A stretch of 64,000 nt of DNA from Nemertoderma westbladi (Eukaryota; Animalia; Xenacoelomorpha). A program made the translations under genes and the position numbers. The first letter of the stretch is position 1; each line of letters opens with the position of its first letter. Location of the stretch: contig JAUCBJ010006616.1 in NCBI GenBank assembly GCA_032718475.1, positions 1 to 64,000 on the forward strand, given 5' to 3'. The notes beneath the pieces are model-generated. The model saw nothing but the letters and a program-made list of their open reading frames with translations. It searched no databases and was not told the DNA's origin. Positions 25,785-40,700 of the stretch are shown here, in pieces.

Positions 25785-28700
25785 ATTGAAACGCATAAAC
25801 CCCGAGCTCGTTACATATCGGAATTACGCCGATCATCGATGATAACCAGACGACTAGAGGACACCGATGACGTCCCGACGGCATTCGAACAGAGTGGGAT
25901 GGTAATACCTGTTGTGACGTCGGAAGAGGAGTCGTCAATGAGTGAGAGTGCGGAGGAATTTATGATTGACATAGCCATTAAAAAGTATGAGCAACCTAGT
26001 TCCAGCTCCTCTGGAAGCAGTGATGATATTACTATTGATGTAATGACCGAATACCAGCGGTTTGACACAGTTCAGCACGACATACGAGTCGAAGTTACAC
26101 CAGCCCAAACAACATTAAAACCCCGAACAATGGCTTGGGAAGAAGCCGATGACGTTTATGTTGCCAATGGAGAACCTGGCGTTGTTACTGTTAGTGAGGA
26201 GGCACATGGAAATGGCCATGTTTCCTTGTATAAACCGGTATTGGAAGGGATACCTCGACAACATCAAATAGATAGTGAAAGTATCCGAGATATTAAATCC
26301 ACAGATGTTGTTGTCCTACCTGAAAGTCTCCTGGAAGAACCAACTCGCTGGCTTGATGCAGACATTACTGAAGCCCCTGTACAGCAGGGTATTCCTGTCA
26401 TGGAGAAAATAGAGGGTTTTATATCGGCGAGTGATTCAGAATCATTTTATTCGTGCGTTACAGAAGCCAGTGAACCCGAAATAGTGCAAGAGCGATCGTC
26501 TAAGCGACAAGTGATTTGTGGCCGTGGTTTGCAACAAGAAAGTGTAGTAGATCTAGTTACTGAGTTGTCTGACATATCAAAAGCTGCCATATCGCTCCAT
26601 GTGATTCAGCCTCACTCTACAGTCCCTGGCGGGTTACCTTGTGAAACCTCACAGCCCATCACTATGGGTCAGGCCATTGAAGAGGAACACGATATGGATG
26701 TAGCCAATGCGTTTGTAGAAGTCCGCCAATTTGGTCTATCTGATATTAATGTCGATTTTGGATCATTGATTCCCAATATCAGTTCAGAACCCCGAGTGAT
26801 TACAGAGGGTTTTGCAGAATCCATAGATGTCAGAGAAGAAGAAACTGGACGAATAGATAGGGAATTGCTCGAGATTCCGATATTCGGTACGGAATATGAT
26901 TATATTGTAGATCAAAGCGATATACTAACTGAAGGGTGCGATATAATCGAACAAGTTACACCAATACATGTTCCGAACCAGTACAACCGCGCATCCCGTA
27001 TCGCCAGCGAAATGTTTGTAGAAACTGAAGTATCTGAGAAACTATCTACAGGTATCAATGTAGAAAATCTTAATATAGCTTTACAACCATCTGACCTATC
27101 GCAACACATAACCACTTCTCGCCCTGTACAGTCAGGATTACCTGTTGAAAACATCAATGACTGGATGGAAACGCAAGTGATTGACAGTATCCGTGTCGAT
27201 ATGATAGATGAAGGAATTGCCTTAGAAAGGGAAGAAACGCCTGATGTAGATGATGCACTTATTATTGAAGGGATATCAAGATCCGAATATTTGCCGGAAA
27301 TGGACACAACGATTGACCATGAGGTTATTGCCATAGAGAATGCGGCTTCTATGTCTGTCACTTCTATTATCACGGACATAATTACTGCTGAGGAAATTTT
27401 ATCTACTGTTGTAAAAGGTGATGCTTTGCAATCCACATTATCCGAAGAAGAAACTGAACCAATTTCAGATCTAGAAACTTATTTAGAAGAGGCACCTGTT
27501 ACTGAACCTATTTCTTCCACTGAAAGGGTTATTTCAACTGGAGTTTCTACTGTTGGATTAAATGATGTTGAATCTGTTGTTCACATTGACGAAGTTGAGG
27601 TATGCGAGGCTGATGCAACTGTAGTGGGCAAAATCTTCGAAAATTATGAAGAAACAACGACGACCCCTATGTATTCAAAGATAGAAGTTGATACAGAACT
27701 TGTTTTACGAGATATATCTATGGTCTCTGTTGAAATTAAGGAAGATATAGATATATTTGCAGAACAGACAGAGTCTGTAGAGTACACAATTGATGTAAAA
27801 GATGACCAAATGTCCATGGAGCAGGAGTCATCAATCATTAGATTACCCACTCAGTCTCTAATTGATATGAAGGATGAATCAGTGTCTGATGTTCCTTTAG
27901 AACAAGAAACTTCTCTGTACCCTGAAACGAAAACTATTTCTTCAGAATTAGACATTGCTGACAGATTTGAAATTCCAGTTGTGAAAGGTGACGCGTTAGA
28001 GACAACTTTACTTGAAGAAGAAACTGAACCAATTTCGGATTTGGAAAGTTGCATAGAAAAAGCACCTGTAACAGAACCTATTTCTCCCACTGAAGGGGCA
28101 ATTTCCACCGGAGTTCCTACAATTGAAACACATGATGTTGAATCTGTGGTTGACATTGACGAAGTTGATGTGTGTGAAGCTGATGAAACAGTAATTGACA
28201 AGACTTTACCAATGTATGAAGAATCAATGATGACCCCTATGTATTCAGAGATAGAAGTTGATACAAAACATGTTTCACAAGATGTTTCAACTGTCTCTGT
28301 TGTAATTAAGGAAGATATTGATATATTTGCAGAACAGTCAGAGTCTGTAGAGTACACTATTGATGTGAAAGATGACCAAATGTCTATGGAGCAGGAGTCA
28401 TCAATCATTAGATTACCTGAAGAAACTCAAATTGAGATTAAAGATGAATCAGTGTCTGAACTTCCTTTAGAAAAAGAAACTTCTCTGTACCCTGAAACGA
28501 AAACCATTTCTTCAGAATTAGACACTGCTGACAGATTTGAAATTCCAGTTGTGAAAGGTGACGCGTTAGAGACAACTTTACCTGAAGAAGAAACTGAAAC
28601 AATTTCTGATTTGGAAACTTACTTAGAAAAAGCTCCTGTAACTGAACCCATATCTTTCACTGAAGGTGTAATTTCATCCGGAGTTCCTACTGTCGAAACA

Positions 28701-31700
28701 CATGATGTTGAATCTGTTGTTGACATTGACGAAGTTGATGTGTGTGAAGCTGATGAAACAGTAATTGACAAGACTTTACCAATGTATGAAGAATCAATGA
28801 TGACCCCTATGTATTCAGAGATAGAAGTTGATACAAAACATGTTTCACAAGATGTTTCAACTGTCTCTGTTGTAATTAAGGAAGATATTGATATATTTGC
28901 AGAACAGTCAGAGTCTGTAGAGTACACTATTGATGTGAAAGATGACCAAATGTCTATGGAGCAGGAGTCATCAATCATTAGATTACCTGAAGAAACTCAA
29001 ATTGAGATTAAAGATGAATCAGTGTCTGAACTTCCTTTAGAAAAAGAAACTTCTCTGTACCCTGAAACGAAAACCATTTCTTCAGAATTAGACACTGCTG
29101 ACAGATTTGAAATTCCAGTTGTGAAAGGTGACGCGTTAGAGACAACTTTACCTGAAGAAGAAACTGAAACAATTTCTGATTTGGAAACTTACTTAGAAAA
29201 AGCTCCTGTAACTGAACCCATATCTTTCACTGAAGGTGTAATTTCATCCGGAGTTCCTACTGTCGAAACACATGATGTTGAATCTGTTGTTGACATTGAC
29301 GAAGTTGATGTGTGTGAAGCTGATGAAACAGTAATTGACAAGACTTTACCAATGTATGAAGAATCAACGGAGATCCCTATGTATTCAGAGGTAGAAGTTG
29401 ATTCAAAAATAGTTTCAGAAGATGTATCAACTTTCTCTGTTGACATTAAGGAAGATATTGATATATTTGCAGAACAGTCAGAGTCTGTAGAGTACACAGT
29501 TGATGTGAAAGATGACCAAATGTCCATGGAGCAGGAGTCATCGATCATCAGATTACCCACTCAGTCTCAAATTGATATGAAGGATGAATCAGTGTCTGAT
29601 ATTCCTTTAGAACAAGAAACTTCTCTGTACCCTGAAACGAAAACTATTTCTTCAGAATTAGATGCTGCTGACAGATTTGAAATTCCAGTTGTGAAAGGTG
29701 ACGCGTTAGAGACAACTTTACCTGAAGAAGAAACTGAAACAATTTCTGATTTGGAAACTTACTTAGAAAAAGCTCCTGTAACTGAACCCATATCTTTCAC
29801 TGAAGGTGTAATTTCATCCGGAGTTCCTACTGTCGAAACACATGATGTTGAATCTGTTGTTGACATTAACGAAGTTGATGTGTGTGAAGCTGATGAAACA
29901 GTAATTGACAAGACTTTACCAATGTATGAAGAATCAATGATGACCCCTATGTATTCAGAGATAGAAGTTGATACAAAACATGTTTCACAAGATGTTTCAA
30001 CTGTCTCTGTTGTAATTAAGGAAGATATTGATATATTTGCAGAACAGTCAGAGTCTGTAGAGTACACAATTAATGTAAAAGATGACCAAATGTCCATTGA
30101 GCAGGAGTCATCAATCATTAGATTACCCACTCAATCTCAAATTGATATGAAGGATGAATCATTGTCTGATGTTCCTTTAGAACAAGAAACTTCTCTGTAC
30201 CCTGAAACGAAAACTATTTCTTCAGAATTAGACATTGCTGACAGATTTGAAATTCCAGTTGTAAAAGGTGACGCGTTAGAGACAACTTTGCCTGAAGAAG
30301 AAACTGAACCAATTTCGGATTTGGAAAGTTACATAGAAAAAGCACCTGTAACAGAACCTATTTCTGCCACGGAAGGGGCAATTTCCACTGGAGTTCCTAC
30401 AATTGAAACACATGATGTTGAATCTGTTGTTGACATTGACGAAGTTGATGTGTGTGAAGCTGATGAAACAGTAACTGACAAGACTTTACCAATGTATGAA
30501 GAATCAATGATGACCCTTATGTATTCAGAAGTAGAAGTTGATACAAAACATGTTTCACAAGATGTTTCAACTGTCTCTGTTGTAATTAAGGAAGATATTG
30601 ATATATTTGCAGAACAGTCCGAGTCTGTAGAGTACACTATTGATGTGAAAGATGACCTAATGTCTATGGAGCAGGAGTCATCAATCATTAGATTACCTGA
30701 AGAAACTCAAATTGAGATTAAAGATGAATCACTGTCTGAACTTCCTTTAGAAAAAGAAACTTCTATGTATCCTGAATTGAAAACTATTTCTTCAGAATTA
30801 GATACTACTGACGGATTTGAAATACCAGTTGTGAAAGGTGATGCCCTAGAGACAACTTTATCTGAAGAAGGAACTGAAACAATTTCTGATTTGGAAACTT
30901 ACTTAGAAAAAGCACCTGTAACTGAACCCATATCTTTCACTGAAGGTGTAATTTCATCCGGAGTTCCTACTGTCGAAACACATGATGTTGAATCTGTTGT
31001 TGACATTGACAAAGTTGATGTGTGTGAAGCAGATGAAACAGTAACTGACAAGACTTTACAAATGTATGAAGAATCAACGGCGACCCCTATGTATTCAGAG
31101 ATAGAAGTTGATTCAAAAATAGTTTCAGAAGATGTATCAACTTTCTCTGTTGACATTAAGGAAGATATTGATATATTTGCAGAACAGTCAGAGTCTGTAG
31201 AGTACACAGTTGATGTGAAAGATGACCAAATGTCCATGGAGCAGGAGTCATCGATCATCAGATTACCCACTCAGTCTCAAATTGATATGAAGGATGAATC
31301 AGTGTCTGATGTTCCTTTAGAACAAGAAACTTCTGTGTACCCTGAAACGAAAACTATTTCTTCAGAATTAGACATTGCTGACAGATTTGAAATTCCAGTT
31401 GTAAAAGGTGACGCGTTAGAGACAACTTTACCTGAAGAAGAAACTGAACCAATTTCGGATTTGGAAAGTTACATAGAAAAAGCACCTGTAACAGAACCTA
31501 TTTCTGCCACTGAAGGGGCAATTTCCACTGGAGTTCCTACAATTGAAACACATGATGTTGAATCTGTTGTTGACATTGACAAAGTTGATGTGTGTGAAGC
31601 TGATGAAACAGTAACTGACAAGACTTTACCAATCTATGAAGAATCAATGATGACCCCTATGTATTCAGAGATAGAAGTTGATACAAAACATGTTTCACAA

Positions 31701-34700
31701 GATGTTTCAACTGTCTCTGTTGTTATTAAGGAAGATATTGAAATATTTGCAGAACAGTCCGAGTCTGTAGAGTACACTATTGATGTGAAAGATGACCAAA
31801 TGTCCATGGAGCAGGAGTCATCAATCATTAGATTACCCACTCAGTCTCAAATTGATATAAAGGATGAATCAGTGTCTGATGTTCCTTTAGAACAAGAAAC
31901 TTCTCTGTACCCTGAAACGAAAACTATTTCTTCAGAATTAGACACTGCTTACAGATTTGAAATTCCAGTTGTAAAAGGTGACGCGTTAGAGATAACTTTA
32001 CCTGAAGAAGAAACTGAACCAATTTCGGATTTGGAAAGTTACATAGAAAAAGCACCTGTAACAGAACCTATTTCTACCTCTGAAGGGGCAATTTCCACTG
32101 GAGTTCCTACAATTGAAACACATGATGTTGAATCTGTTGTTGACATTGACGAAGTTGATGTGTGTGAAGCTGATGAAACAGTAACTGACAAGACTTTACC
32201 AATGTATGAAGAATCAATGATGACCCCTATGTATTCAGAGATAGAAGTTGATACAAAACATGTTTCACAAGATGTTTCAACTGTCTCTGTTGACATTAAG
32301 GAAGATATTGATATATTTGCAGAACAGTCAGAGTCTGTAGAGTACACAATTGATGTGAAAGATGACCAAATGTCCATGGAGCAGGATTCATCAATCATTA
32401 GATTACCCACTCAGTCTCAAATTGATATGAAGGATGAATCAGTGTCTGGTGTTCCTTTAGAACAAGAAACTTCTCTGTACCCTGAAACGAAAACTATTTC
32501 TTCAGAATTAGACACTGCTGACAGATTTGAAATTCCAGTTGTGAAAGGTGACGCGTTAGAGACAACTTTACCTGAAGAAGAAACTGAACCAATTTCGGAT
32601 TTGGAAAGTTACATAGAAAAAGCACCTGTAACTGAACCTATTTCTGCCACTGAAGGGGCAATTTCCACTGGAGTTCCTACAATTGAAACACATGATGTTG
32701 AATCTGTTGTTGACATTGACGAAGTTGATGTGTGTGAAGCTGATGAAACAGTAACTGACAAGACTTTACCAATGTATGAAGAATCAATGATGACCCCTAT
32801 GTATTCAGAGATAGAAGTTGATACAAAACATGTTTCACAAGATGTTTCAACTGTCTCTGTTGTAATTAAGGAAGATATTGATATATTTGCAGAACAGTCA
32901 GAGTCTGTAGAGTACACAATTGATGTAAAAGATGACCAAATGTCCATGGAGCAGGAGGAGTCATCAATCATTAGATTACCCACTCAGTCTCTAATTGATA
33001 TGAAGGATGAATCAGTGTCTGATGTTCCTTTAGAAGCAGAAACTTCTCTGTACCCTGAAACGAAAACTATTTCTTCAGAATTAGACATTGCTGACAGATT
33101 TGAAATTCCAGTTGTGAAAGGTGACGCGTTAGAGACAACTTTACCTGAAGAAGAAACTGAACCAATTTCGGATTTGGAAAGTTACATAGAAAAAGCACCT
33201 GTAACAGAACCTATTTCTGCCACTGAAGGGGCAATTTCCACTGGAGTTCCTACAATTGAAACACATGATGTTGAATCTGTTGTTGACATTGACGAAGTTG
33301 ATGTGTGTGAAGCTGATGCAACAGTAACTGACAAGACTTTACCAATGTATGAAGAATCAATGATGACCCCTATGTATTCAGAGATAGAAGTTGATACAAA
33401 ACATGTTTCACAAGATGTTTCAACTGTCTCTGTTGTAATTAAGGAAGATATTGATATATTTGCAGAACAGTCAGAGTCTGTAGAGTACACAATTGATGTA
33501 AAAGATGACCAAATGTCCATGGAGCAGGAGTCATCAATCATTCGATTACCCACTCAGTCTCAAATTGATATGAAGGATGAATCAGTGTCTGATGTTCCTT
33601 TAGAACAAGAAACTTCTCTGTACCCTGAAACGAAAACTATTTCTTCAGAATTAGACATTGCTGACAGATTTGAAATTCCAGTTGTAAAAGGTGACGCGTT
33701 AGAGACAACTTTACCTGAAGAAGAAACTGAACCAATTTCGGATTTGGAAAGTTACATAGAAAAAGCACCTGTAACAGAACCTATTTCTGCCACTGAAGGG
33801 GCAATTTCCACTGGAGTTCCTACAATTGAAACACATGATGTTGAATCTGTTGTTGACATTGACGAAGTTGATGTGTGTGAAGCTGATGCAACAGTAACTG
33901 ACAAGACTTTACCAATGTATGAAGAATCAATGATGACCCCTATGTATTCAGAGATAGAAGTTGATACAAAACATGTTTCACAAGATGTTTCAACTGTCTC
34001 TGTTGTAATTAAGGAAGATATTGATATATTTGCAGAACAGTCAGAGTCTGTAGAGTACACAATTGATGTAAAAGATGACCAAATGTCCATGGAGCAGGAG
34101 TCATCAATCATTCGATTACCCACTCAGTCTCAAATTGATATGAAGGATGAATCAGTGTCTGATGTTCCTTTAGAACAAGAAACTTCTCTGTACCCTGAAA
34201 CGAAAACTATTTCTTCAGAATTAGACATTGCTGACAGATTTGAAATTCCAGTTGTGAAAGGTGACGCGTTAGAGACAACTTTACCTGAAGAAGAAACTGA
34301 ACCAATTTCGGATTTGGAAAGTTACATAGAAAAAGCACCTGTAACAGAACCTATTTCTGCCACTGAAGGGGCAATTTCCACTGGAGTTCCTACAATTGAA
34401 ACACATGATGTTGAATCTGTTGTTGACATTGACGAAGTTGATGTGTGTGAAGCTGATGAAACAGTAACTGACAAGACTTTACCAATGTATGAAGAATCAA
34501 TGATGACCCCTATGTATTCAGAGATAGAAGTTGATACAAAACATGTTTCACAAGATGTTTCAACTGTCTCTGTTGTTATTAAGGAAGATATTGATATATT
34601 TGCAGAACAGTCAGAGTCTGTAGAGTACACAATTGATGTGAAAGATGACCAAATGTCCATGGAGCAGGAGTCATCAATCATTAGATTACCCACTCAGTCT

Positions 34701-37700
34701 CAAATTGATATGAAGGATGAATCAGTGTCTGATGTTCCTTTAGAACAAGAAACTTCTCTGTACCCTGAAACGAAAACTATTTCTTCAGAATTAGACATTG
34801 CTGACAGATTTGAAATTCCAGTTGTGAAAGGTGACGCGTTAGAGACAACTTTACCTGAAGAAGAAACTGAACCAATTTCGGATTTGGAAAGTTACATAGA
34901 AAAAGCACCTGTAACAGAACCTATTTCTGCCACTGAAGGGGCAATTTCCACTGGAGTTCCTACAATTGAAACACATGATGTTGAATCTGTTGTTGACATT
35001 GACGAAGTTGATGTGTGTGAAGCTGATGAAACAGTAACTGACAAGACTTTACCAATCTATGAAGAATCAATGATGACCCCTATGTATTCAGAGATAGAAG
35101 TTGATACAAAACATGTTTCACAAGATGTTTCAACTGTCTCTGTTGTAATTAAGGAAGATATTGATATATTTGCAGAACAGTCAGAGTCTGTAGAGTACAC
35201 AATTGATGTAAAAGATGACCAAATGTCCATGGAGCAGGAGTCATCAATCATTAGATTACCCACTCAGTCTCAAATTGATATGAAGGATGAATCAGTGTCT
35301 GATGTTCCTTTAGAACAAGAAACTTCTCTGTACCCTGAAACGAAAACTATTTCTTCAGAATTAGACACTGCTGACAGATTTGAAATTCCAGTTGTAAAAG
35401 GTGACGCGTTAGAGATAACTTTACCTGAAGAAGAAACTGAACCAATTTCGGATTTGGAAAGTTACATAGAAAAAGCACCTGTAACAGAACCTATTTCTAC
35501 CTCTGAAGGGGCAATTTCCACTGGAGTTCCTACAATTGAAACACATGATGTTGAATCTGTTGTTGACATTGACGAAGTTGATGTGTGTGAAGCTGATGAA
35601 ACAGTAACTGACAAGACTTTACCAATGTATGAAGAATCAATGATGACCCCTATGTATTCAGAGATAGAAGTTGATACAAAACATGTTTCACAAGATGTTT
35701 CAACTGTCTCTGTTGTAATTAAGGAAGATATTGATATATTTGCAGAACAGTCAGAGTCTGTAGAGTACACAATTGATGTAAAAGATGACCAAATGTCCAT
35801 GGAGCAGGAGTCATCAATCATTAGATTACCCACTCAGTCTCAAATTGATATGAAGGATGAATCAGTGTCTGATGTTCCTTTAGAACAAGAAACTTCTCTG
35901 TACCCTGAAACGAAAACTATTTCTTCAGAATTAGACACTGCTGACAGATTTGAAATTCCAGTTGTAAAAGGTGACGCGTTAGAGACAACTTTACCTGAAG
36001 AAGAAACTGAACCAATTTCGGATTTGGAAAGTTACATAGAAAAAGCACCTGTAACAGAACCTATTTCTGCCACTGAAGGGGCAATTTCCACTGGAGTTCC
36101 TACAATTGAAACACATGATGTTGAATCTGTTGTTGACATTGACGAAGTTGATGTGTGTGAAGCTGATGAAACAGTAACTGACAAGACTTTACCAATGTAT
36201 GAAGAATCAATGATGACCCCTATGTATTCAGAGATAGAAGTTGATACAAAACATGTTTCACAAGATGTTTCAACTGTCTCTGTTGTAATTAAGGAAGATA
36301 TTGATATATTTGCAGAACAGTCAGAGTCTGTAGAGTACACAATTGATGTAAAAGATGACCAAATGTCCATGGAGCAGGAGTCATCAATCATTAGATTACC
36401 CACTCAGTCTCAAATTGATATGAAGGATGAATCAGTGTCTGATGTTCCTTTAGAACAAGAAACTTCTCTGTACCCTGAAACGAAAACTATTTCTTCAGAA
36501 TTAGACACTGCTGACAGATTTGAAATTCCAGTTGTGAAAGGTGACGCGTTAGAGACAACTTTACCTGAAGAAGAAACTGAACCAATTTCGGATTTGGAAA
36601 GTTACATAGAAAAAGCACCTGTAACAGAACCTATTTCTACCATTGAAGGGGCAATTTCCACTGGAGTTCCTACAATTGAAACACATGATGTTGAATCTGT
36701 TGTTGACATTGACGAAGTTGATGTGTGTGAAGCTGATGAAACAGTAACTGACAAGACTTTACAAATGATATGAAGAATCAATGATGACCCCTATGTATTC
36801 AGAGATAGAAGGTGATACAAAACATGTTTCACAAGATGTATCAACTTTCTCTGTAGACATTAAGGAAGATATTGATATATTTGCAGAACAATCAGAATCT
36901 GTAGAGTATACTATTGACATGAAAGATGACCAAATGTCAATAGAACAGGAGTCTACCGTCATCAGATTACCTGCAGAAGCAAAAACTGTCTTGGAGGATG
37001 ATTCGGTTTTCGAACTTCCTCTAGAAACAGCAAATTTTATATTTCCTGAAACAAATATTATTTCCATTGCATTAAACACGGCTGATGAACTTGGTCCTCC
37101 CATGGTAAAAGGGACTGGGCTGCAATTGAGTTTGTCTGATAGTGATACCGAGCCTATTCCGCAATTGGGCTGTGTTCTTGAGGGAGCTACTGCTGTGGGC
37201 CAGAAGTATTCTTCAGAAAGTTTTTTAACAAACCGCGTTGAGGTTGAAGGATTAGCATTAAATTCTGCTAGTGTTTTTAAAGATGCTCTTGTTTCAGTTT
37301 TGAATGACAAAACTTTCACATATTTAACCCTAAGTAGTGTGAGTGGAACCTATTTTGATCTTCCCACCGCCATCTCTGTGCCAGTGGAAGGAATTCCCAT
37401 TCTATGTAGTATCATTGATAGTGGAGTAGATCATATACTAGAAGATAATGCAATGGCAGCTATTGTGACAGACGTTTGGCCTCTGGATACATACAATGTT
37501 ATTGAAGATGTCTTGATACATCAGGAGTTGTTATATATTTTGCCTCAGGTTTTGGACGAATATATGTTTGAACTTACAAGTTTAGATGATCAAGAAATTT
37601 TGCAAGAAACCTCAATAACTCGTGTAGCTAATATTCTTGCGTTGCAAAAGCAGTTGACTTGCATTGTTTATGGATTTCCTGAAGATAATTTTCCAGAATC

Positions 37701-40700
37701 ATGTGACTCACCAATTGAAGTTTCATCTAGTCCCCTTATTGAAGCTGCCGATCTAATCGATTTTAAAACTTTGTCTTGTAATAAACTCACAACTTCTTCC
37801 ATTATTGAAGGTGTTGCCGAAAATATCCTGAATGCATGTGAAGACACGTTCTGTATAGATTATGAGATACTGCCATCTAATGTTGATGTATCAATAGCTG
37901 ATGCACCACAATTAACTGTAGAATCCTTTACACCTGTAGAACATGGCACAGGATTGGATACTCAAGTTGACGATGAAGACACAGTTTGCAAATTACCTGA
38001 AAACAATTATCAAGCTTCAGTATTGAATGTTGTCGGTGGTACTTGTAATGACATTTGTTCTGTATCTCCTGTTGTAGAAGGTACAGCCATACGTGATATC
38101 ATAGAAGATAATAGTGTTGAAATGGATTCTGAAATTGTAGTTCCTATGGCCGCAACAACTATTGTTAATGTAGATATGCCAGTTGATGATAGGTCTGTGC
38201 AAATAACAATTGTCAAAGGTGATGCCGTACAGTCAACTTTATCTGAAGAAGAAACTGAACCTATTTCCGATTTGGAACCTTCCATAGAAAAAGCACCCAT
38301 AAGTGAACATATTTCTTCTACTGAGGGTGTAATTTTTACCAGTGCTCCTACAATTGAAACACATGATGTTGAATCTGTTGTTCAAATTGACGAAGTTGAT
38401 GTGTATGAAGCAGATGAAACAGTAACTGACAAGTTTTTACAAAAGTATGATGAATCAATCATAACCCCAATAGATTCAAACATAAATGTTGATACACAAC
38501 TTGTATCTGAAGATGTATCAACTTTCTCTGTTGACATTAAAGAAGATATTGATGTATTTGCAAAACAGTCAGAATCTGTAGAGTACACAATTGATGTGAA
38601 AGACGACCATATTTCAATCGAGCAGGAGTCATCAATCATTAGATTACCCGCAGAAAGTCAAATTGGGATTAAATATGAATCAATGTCTGAACTTCCCTTA
38701 GAAGAAGATGCTTTGCTGTACCCTGAAGTGAAGACTATTTCTGCTGAATTAAACATTGCTGACAGATTTGATACTCCAGTTGTAAAAGGTGATGCGTTAG
38801 AGTCCACTTTATCTGAAGAAGAAACTGAACCAATTTCGGATTTGGAAAGTTACATAGAAAAAGCACCTGTAACTGAACCTATTTCTGCCACTGAAGGGGC
38901 AATTTCCACTGGAGTTCCTACAATTGAAACACATGATATTGAATCTGTTGTTGACATTGACAAAGTTGATGGGTGTGAAGCTGATGAAACAGTAACTGAC
39001 AAGACTTTACAAATGTATGAAGAATCAACGGCGACCCCTATGTATTCAGATATAGAAGTTGATTCAAAAATAGTTTCACAAGATGTATCAAGTTTCTCTG
39101 TTGACATTAATGAAGATATTGATATATTTGCAGAACAGTCCGAGTCTATAGAGTACAATATTGATGTGAAGGATGATCAAATGTCTATAGAGCAGGTGTC
39201 ATTAATTATCCAAATACCTGCAGAAACTCACAAAGCCATGAAGGATGAGTCAGTGTCTGCTCTTCCATTGGAAGAAGCACCATATTTGAGCCCAGAATCT
39301 GAGGCTATTTCTACAGAACTAGCTGAGGGAATTGATGCTCCGGTTGTAAAAGATGGTGACGCTTTACAATCAAAGCTATCTGAAGAAAAGACTGAACCAA
39401 TTTTGGATTTGGAAAATATCTTAGAACAAGCATCTAATACTGCACCTATTTCATTTTCTGAAAAGGTTATTTCCTCTGGTGTACCTACTACTGGAACAGT
39501 TGGTGAAGAATCTGTTGTTGACATTGACGATGTTGAAATAAGTGAATCTGATGCCACAAAATTGGACAAGTCTTTACAGAGTTATGATGAATCACCAACG
39601 TATCCTTTGGATTCTAAGATTGAATTTGAAACAAAACTTGTTTCGCAAGATGTTTCAACTGTCAATGTTGAGATTAAGGACGATATTGACACATTTGCAG
39701 AACAGTCCGAGTCTATAGAGTACACTATTGATGTGAAGGATGATCAAATGTCTATAGAGCAGGAGTCATTAATTATCCAAATACCTGCAGAAACACAAAT
39801 AGACATGAAGGATGTGTCAGAGTCTGCTCTTCCATTGGAAGAAGCACCATATTTGAGCCCAGAATCTGAGACTATTTCTACAGAACTAGCTGAGGGAATT
39901 GAAACTCCAGTTGTAAAAGATGGTGAGGCTTTACAATCAAAGCTATCTGAAGAAAAGACTGAACCAATTTTAGATTTGGAAAATCTCTTAGAACAAGCAT
40001 CTAATACTGCACCTATTTCATTTTCTGAAAAGGTTATTTCCTCTGGTGTACCTACTACTGGAACAGTTGGTGTAGAATCTGTTGTTGACATCGACGATGT
40101 TGAAATAAGTGAAGCTGATGCCACAATATTGGACAAGTCTTTACAGAGTTATGAAGAATCAACAACTTCACCTTTGGATTCTAAGATTGAATTTGAAACA
40201 AAACTTGTTTCGCAAGATGTTTCAACAGTCCATGTTGAGATTAAGGACGATATTGACACATTTGCTGAACAGTCCGAGTTTATAGAGTACAATATTGATG
40301 TGAAGGATGATCAAATGTTTATAGAGCAGGATTCATTAATTATCCAAATACCTGCAGAAACTCAAATAGACATGAAGGATGAGTCAGAGTCTGCTCTTCC
40401 ATTGAAAGAAGCACCGTGTTTGAGCCCAGAATCTGAGGCTATTTCAACAGAACTAGCTGAGGGAATTGAAACTCCAGTTGTAAAAGATGGTGACGCTTTA
40501 CAATCAAAGCTATCTGAAGAAAAGTCTGAACCAATTTTAGATTTGGAAAATCTCTTAGAACAAGCATCTAATACTGCACCTATTTCATTTTCTGAAAAAG
40601 TTGTTTCCACTGAAGTTCCAACTGTTGGAACACTTGATGATGAATCTGTTGTTGACATTGACGATGTTGAAATATGTGAAGCTGATACCACAAAATTGGA

